A stretch of DNA of 24,000 bases from an uncultured cyanobacterium (lineage in GTDB: Bacteria > Cyanobacteriota > Cyanobacteriia > Cyanobacteriales > Microcystaceae). The stretch lies in assembly GCA_963807635.1 (NCBI GenBank), contig CAWEDJ010000075.1, positions 99,294-123,293 on the forward strand, read 5' to 3'. The position numbers and the translations under genes are program-made. This document shows positions 17,719 to 24,000 of this stretch, piece after piece. Below the pieces are notes generated by a model, which was given only the letters and a program-made list of their open reading frames with translations, had not been told where the DNA came from and searched no databases. The first letter of the stretch is position 1; the number at the start of each line of letters is the position of its first letter.

Positions 17719-17899
17719 AAAACTAGCATAAAGCCACAAAATACCGATATTTCAGCAAAAATTTCTGTAAAAAAGAATAACAAGAATATCTTAATCGTCA
17801 AAATCATCATTGAGAAAACTAACTCGATACCCTAAAAAAGTGCAAACTAATGTTAACTTAAGTTAAACTACTGTAAAGTTTATAGAGGAATACAACTGA

Positions 17900-19190
<1,291 letters not shown>

Positions 19191-19214
19191 GTTCTATATT
19201 CTGAAAATAGCATT

Positions 19215-19239
19215 GGTGGGGTCAAACCCACCTTTTTTT
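19215..19239 (+). terminator. rho-independent terminator after ahcY
   Basis: GGTGGG-gtcaaa-CCCACC stem-loop followed by TTTTTTT, 25 nt after the ahcY stop. Confidence 0.7.
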
Positions 19240-19249
19240 ATGCGATGGA

Positions 19250-20020
19250 CTATGTCTTTGTGTATTTCTGAATCTTGTTAGTTAATTCAATTTGATCAGC
19301 ACTAAAACCCGCTAACTTTAGATGGGATAAAAAGCTTGATTGTCGATAACGGGAATCTAAGTTAATCGCTCGCTGATACATTGCTTTTGCTTCGGATTTA
19401 TCTCCTTTGTCCCAATAAACCAAAGCGATCACGACCCAGGTGTGGGGATTATTCGGCTCTAATTGGGTTGCTTGTTGGGCGTGAGTAAGGGCGGGATCAT
19501 ATTTTTTAAGACGTTGATAGGCTAAAGCGAGATTATAGTGAGCAATTTCATTTTTATTGTCTAAACTGACTGCTTGCTGATGGGTTTTGACAGCATCATT
19601 CAAATTTCCACTGACCAAATAGACAATTCCCAAGGCATTGAGGGCAGGAATATTATTCGCATCCTGAGCTAAAACTTGTTGTAAAACCTCGGTTGCCTCT
19701 GTTTCCTTTTCGGCTAAATGTAATGTCCAGCTCCAAAGAATCCGTCCCGAAAGATTACTGGGATCAAGCTTGGCCGCTTTTTCAAAGAATTGAATTGCCT
19801 CAGTATAATTCCCCCGTTGACGCAATTTTAAACCTGATTGACGGTAGTTTTGGGCGGCTTTACGGTCAGCAGAGGAAGGAATAACGGGAGAAGGAGTACT
19901 TTGGGCGATCGCGGAAATGGTGGGAGAAGGAGAAATTGTTGCGATCGGTGTATTACCACAACTTCCGATGCTTAAACCTGCACCGATGAGCATTAAACCG
20001 AAGCAAATCTGCTTAATCAT
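19250..20020 (-). CDS. TPR-repeat lipoprotein
   Basis: Signal peptide with lipobox-like SIGSC. TPR units (..YTEAIQFFEKAAKLDPSN.., ..AVKTHQQAVSLDNKNEIAHYNLALAY.., ..AKAMYQRAINLD..). Its start codon overlaps the upstream gene's stop (TAATG). Confidence 0.85.
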   Translation of the reverse strand: MIKQICFGLMLIGAGLSIGSCGNTPIATISPSPTISAIAQSTPSPVIPSSADRKAAQNYRQSGLKLRQRGNYTEAIQFFEKAAKLDPSNLSGRILWSWTLHLAEKETEATEVLQQVLAQDANNIPALNALGIVYLVSGNLNDAVKTHQQAVSLDNKNEIAHYNLALAYQRLKKYDPALTHAQQATQLEPNNPHTWVVIALVYWDKGDKSEAKAMYQRAINLDSRYRQSSFLSHLKLAGFSADQIELTNKIQKYTKT

Positions 20021-21999
20021 TATTTTTTCGGGACGGAAGCTTGCACAAAGTTGGGGCCACTGACCTCTTCATGATCGGCGGGATAAAGGGCGATCGCGTG
20101 GGGAACAGGACGGGGCGTATAACTCACCTGGGATTCTCCTTTATAGGCAACGGACGCACTTGCTCCCGAATCGACCATAATCGCATCACGATAACCCAAT
20201 TTTTGCAGTATTTTACCCAGATTAACCGAATCAATCATTGTTCGCGTTACCCCAACTACGGGTTGTCCTGCTTGATTAATCCCCCAAAAAGCCCGATTCC
20301 GATTAGCATCAAAGCCATAGAGATCATTAAAAGATTCAGGGGTGCTGGCTTTTCCATTTTTAACTAACCAGGCTCCTCCGACAAAGGCATCGGAAATCCA
20401 GGTTCCATCCTTGGATTCTTTTTGAATGCCCTCTAGGGTGTTGTGCTTTTCGGGATCAAAGGGAATAAATTTAACGCCTTTTGCACTAATTAACGCTAAA
20501 GGACGACCCGCGAGTTTCGGATTTTCTCCTTTATTACCAGGCACAAAACCCCGATTGGAACTGAGGGCTGGGCGAATTAAAATATTAGAGTTTAAAGATT
20601 TTAACGAGAAAAACGTGCCATCAACTCCCCCGATCGCGCCCGTATTCTTGAGAATGTCCTGAACTTGATAACGGCTGTCGGCATGGATGGTTCGGGGTTT
20701 GCCGCCACTGACGAGAACAATTTCCGTACCGTCTAGGGTAAACTCTTGTTTTTCGACAGAACTCGTCAAATTAAATTGATCGGGAGGTAACGGTGCAGGA
20801 TAGCCGCCCCAGGCTTTGGCGATCGCTTTTTCAATACTGGATTGGCCAAAACGCTTAATCGAGAACAGATCGGGAGATTCTCCTGCATACCCTTCACTGA
20901 GGTCGTTCATCGAGAATGCCATCTTATAACCCGCCGCGATCGCCCATTGTTTGACTCTGGCATCAAATTTGCCTTCAGGATAGGTGAAATAGCGAATGGG
21001 AATGCCTAATTTTTCTTCCAAAATATGTTTGGTTTCAATAATTTCCTTGCCCAATTCATCATCGGTCAGCAATCGTAAATCTTTGGGATGAGTCACCGTA
21101 TGGGAGGCGATCGTTACTAGGGGATCGGCGGACATTTCTTTTAATTGCTCCCAGGTCACACTGGTTCGTTTGGTTTTTCCTTCCAATTTCTTGAGATAAA
21201 TCGAAAATAGGGCGGGATAATTGTATTTTTTTAATAAAGGATACACATACTGATAATGGCCGCCATAACCATCATCAAAGGAAAGCAAAACGGGCTTATT
21301 CGGCAAAGGAACCCCCGTCCGCAGGTGAGCTAACAGAGCATCGGGACTAATGGGAGTCATGCCTTCTTCTTTGATGCGCTGAAAATGGGCTTCTACTTCT
21401 TCAGGAGTGACATCAAAAAACACCTCTTTTTTCGCCACAATATCGTGGTACATGATGATGGGAACAGAGGCTAATCTCGCTTGTTCATGAATCTGACCGA
21501 AGGGCGCGGCAGGGGGGAGAGTTATTTTGGGTTCCTCTTCAACTTGGGGCTTTGGGGGGGAGGGTTTGATGAATCCCATCAACGTTGCTAAAGATTTTTC
21601 AGGAACAGACGGCTCGATTTTTTCTTCGGTCACCGTTTGAGTCAGCCCGATGGAGTCGGATAAACTGATGCATGGATTGGTTTCTTGGGCTTCTACGGGT
21701 GATTGGGTCGGAGTTTCAACAGTTTGAGGCGGTACGGTTGAACTGGCAAGAGTTGCAGTCCCTTCGGCTGTTTCAGGGGCGGTATTACTAGCGACGCTCG
21801 TTGGGGCTTTTTTACAAGCTTTTTTGATGTCAATAATTGCCTGGGTCATAAAATCAGGCTTGCTTTGGTTCGTGGATGGTTCGCTAGAAACGGCAGAGGC
21901 TGAGGATTTCAGAAATGATGAAACCGCGATCGCGGAGGTTCCCCCTAATCCGAGAAAGAGTAGCAAAACCAAAAAGATTTTCCGATGGGCAGCAGTCAT
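20020..21999 (-). CDS. polysaccharide deacetylase (NodB homology) fused to a C-terminal phosphodiester glycosidase (DUF2233/NAGPA-like) domain
   Basis: ATG 21999 (MTAAHRKIFLVLLLFLGLGG, TM/signal) is preferred over TTG 22017. P/T/S/E-rich linker. NodB motifs IMYHDI, LSFDDGYGGHY, IASHTVTHP. The C-terminal ..GGVDGTFF..RAFWGINQAGQPVVGV..AIMVDSGASASVAY.. resembles DUF2233. Confidence 0.8.
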   Translation of the reverse strand: MTAAHRKIFLVLLLFLGLGGTSAIAVSSFLKSSASAVSSEPSTNQSKPDFMTQAIIDIKKACKKAPTSVASNTAPETAEGTATLASSTVPPQTVETPTQSPVEAQETNPCISLSDSIGLTQTVTEEKIEPSVPEKSLATLMGFIKPSPPKPQVEEEPKITLPPAAPFGQIHEQARLASVPIIMYHDIVAKKEVFFDVTPEEVEAHFQRIKEEGMTPISPDALLAHLRTGVPLPNKPVLLSFDDGYGGHYQYVYPLLKKYNYPALFSIYLKKLEGKTKRTSVTWEQLKEMSADPLVTIASHTVTHPKDLRLLTDDELGKEIIETKHILEEKLGIPIRYFTYPEGKFDARVKQWAIAAGYKMAFSMNDLSEGYAGESPDLFSIKRFGQSSIEKAIAKAWGGYPAPLPPDQFNLTSSVEKQEFTLDGTEIVLVSGGKPRTIHADSRYQVQDILKNTGAIGGVDGTFFSLKSLNSNILIRPALSSNRGFVPGNKGENPKLAGRPLALISAKGVKFIPFDPEKHNTLEGIQKESKDGTWISDAFVGGAWLVKNGKASTPESFNDLYGFDANRNRAFWGINQAGQPVVGVTRTMIDSVNLGKILQKLGYRDAIMVDSGASASVAYKGESQVSYTPRPVPHAIALYPADHEEVSGPNFVQASVPKK

Positions 22000-22205
22000 G
22001 GCAATTAGACAAAACAATTAGGAGTATAGCCTATCGCCACTGAGTTAACAAGTGTTAAATGTCTCTCTACTCATCTGGGGATGGGAAAATTTAAAACCCA
22101 TTTTTTGGCTCAGATAGAGTTTTTTAATTAAACCCGACTCCTGATTTGATCCCATTCCATCGAAAAAAAACATCTTTGCCAGTATTCGATAGAATAGACA
22201 CACCT

Positions 22206-22211
22206 TATAAT
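22206..22211 (+). promoter_or_regulatory. candidate -10 box (TATAAT) upstream of dnaK
   Basis: Perfect consensus hexamer 55 nt upstream of ATG 22267. I see no convincing -35. A short hairpin AGGGGA-ctaa-TCCCCT (22220-22235) follows. Confidence 0.25.
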
Positions 22212-22266
22212 GATCAGACAGGGGACTAATCCCCTCCCTCTGGAGTAGCTGGAGAAACAAACACAC

Positions 22267-24000
22267 ATGGGAAAAGTAGTCGGCATTGACCTCGGAACAA
22301 CCAACTCCGTCGTGGCGGTAATGGAGGGGAGAAAACCCATCGTGATCGCCAATTCAGAAGGAATGCGGACAACGCCATCGGTGGTGGGATTCAACAAAGA
22401 TGGAGAATTTGTGGCGGGTCAGATGGCACGGCGACAATCGGTGCTGAACCCTCAAAATACCTTTTATGGGGTGAAACGCTTCATGGGAAGGCGGTATGGC
22501 GAATTAACGACGGAATCGAAAAAAGTCCCCTATACCATCCGACGAGACGAAAACGAGAATATCAAGATTAAATGCCCGCGACTGAAAAAAGATTTTGCCC
22601 CCGAAGAAATTTCGGCCATGATCCTGCGTAAATTGGCCGAAGAAGCCAGCCGTTATCTGGGGGAAAAAGTGACGGGGGCGTGATCACAGTTCCCGCCTAT
22701 TTTAATGATTCCCAACGGCAAGCCACCAGAGATGCGGGCAAAATTGCGGGTTTGGAGGTTTTACGAATTATCAATGAACCAACGGCGGCGGCTTTAGCCT
22801 ACGGATTGGATCAACGCAGGAGCCAAAAAATTCTGGTGTTTGATTTGGGGGGAGGAACCTTTGATGTGTCGGTGTTGGAAGTGGGGGATGGCGTTTTTGA
22901 AGTAAAGGCGACCAGTGGTGATACCCAATTAGGAGGCGGTGATTTTGACAAACGTATTGTCAATTGGTTAGCAGAAAAATTTTTAGAGCAGGAAAAAATT
23001 GATTTGAGGGAAGATCGCCAAGCTTTGCAACGACTGACAGAAGCGGCGGAAAAAGCCAAAATCGAGTTGTCGGGCGTAACAGTAACGGATATTAATTTAC
23101 CGTTTATCACAGCTACCGAAGCAGAAGGCCCAAAGCATCTGGAAACTCGGCTAACCCGTCCAGAATTTGAAGATCTTTGCGGGGATTTAATTAGTCGGTT
23201 GCGTCGTCCTTTGAAACGGGCTTTATCCGATGCGGGCTTGAGTCCTGTGCAAATTGATGAGGTGGTTTTGGTCGGGGGTGGCACCAGAATGCCCTTGATT
23301 AAGCAATTAGTCCGCAGTTTTATTGACAAGGAACCCAATGAAAATGTGAATCCTGATGAGGTAGTGGCGATCGGTGCGGCCATTCAAGCGGGCATTTTGG
23401 GGGGTGAGGTGAAAGATGTGTTGTTGTTGGATGTGTCTCCCCTTTCCCTGGGATTGGAAACGATTGGTGGGGTGATGAAGAAATTACTGCCCCGTAATAC
23501 GACAATTCCTGTGCGGAAGTCGGATATTTTCTCAACGGGCGACAATAATCAAACGATGGTTGAAATCCATGTTCTGCAAGGGGAACGGGAGATGGCCGCC
23601 GATAATAAATCCCTGGGGCGGTTTAAGTTGACGGGAATTCCCCCCGCACCAAGAGGTTTACCGCAAATTCAGGTTTCCTTTGATATTGATGCCAATGGAA
23701 TTTTGCAGGTGACGGCGCGGGATAAGACAACGGGCCGAGAACAGAGTATTACGGTGCAGGGAGCTTCGACGCTGAGCGAGTTTGAAGTTAACCGCATGAT
23801 CCAAGAAGCTGAACAGTTTGCCGACGAGGATCGGGAGCGACGGGAACGGATAGAAAAACGGAATAAGGCTAAGGCTTTGACGGATCAGGCTCAACGACGA
23901 TTGAAGGAAGTGACCCTAGATTTTGGGAGTGCTTTTACCGTTTCCTATCGTCGGCAGGTGGATGCGTTGTCGGGGGAAATTTTGGATGCTTTAGCCAAGG
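22267..24000 (+). CDS. dnaK: molecular chaperone DnaK (Hsp70), DnaK3-like paralog; frameshifted as sequenced, with one G missing at 22680/22681; the 3' end runs off the window
   Basis: [46 protein letters not shown], then TGA. My translation from 22683 in the next frame is uninterrupted to 24000: [113 protein letters not shown]. Confidence 0.92.

Noticed and set aside
17853-17866. 14-bp perfect palindrome TTAACTTAAGTTAA about 35 nt upstream of the ahcY start, as a possible operator
   Set aside because: About one or two perfect 14-bp palindromes are expected by chance in 24 kb, and more in AT-rich intergenic DNA. It occurs only once in the window.
22220-22235. Hairpin AGGGGA-ctaa-TCCCCT in the dnaK leader, as an RNA thermometer
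   Set aside because: It does not sequester the GGAG or the start region, it is only 6 bp long, and no transcription start site is known. The evidence is insufficient.
22811-23535. Antisense ORFs within dnaK (22811..23383, 23320..23535, 23658..23894), within ahcY (18164..18505, 18542..18817, 18845..19078), within the deacetylase gene (20041..20367, 20426..20662, 21824..22021), and in the dnaK upstream region (22045..22266, 22128..22397)
   Set aside because: They are shadow ORFs opposite highly conserved genes or crossing promoter regions. Their composition is typical of antisense Hsp70/SAHH frames.

Overview
Cyanobacterial chromosomal window. I counted 33 perfect copies of the HIP1 octamer GCGATCGC by hand, against about 0.4 expected by chance. 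Most of the window is conserved core genes: tgt, a DUF938 methyltransferase / ABC-2 permease / SDR operon, an RND efflux pair (adaptor plus pump), sfsA, a DUF1997 gene, pheA, a TPR protein, ahcY, a polysaccharide-deacetylase/phosphodiester-glycosidase fusion coupled to a TPR lipoprotein, and a DnaK3-like dnaK. An accessory patch at about 13.06-17.75 kb has no HIP1 site until 16732. It holds a MITE-like inverted-repeat element, a DUF559 endonuclease-like gene, an ISL3-family IS whose transposase carries an in-frame TGA, an intact ISAs1-family IS (20-bp perfect IRs, 9-bp target duplication) splitting an unrecognised ORF, and a tandem pair of small coiled-coil/C-terminal-TM proteins with a conserved upstream box present in three copies. 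The most striking pattern is that four otherwise intact conserved genes (RND pump, pheA, ahcY, dnaK) are each broken by one single-base indel at a short homopolymer or doubled base. This means either homopolymer sequencing error or very recent pseudogenisation, and I cannot tell which from the sequence. I found no tRNA, rRNA or CRISPR array, and no clearly novel multi-gene system. The best candidates for follow-up are the small-protein tandem array and the small-ORF/DUF2335 cassette.
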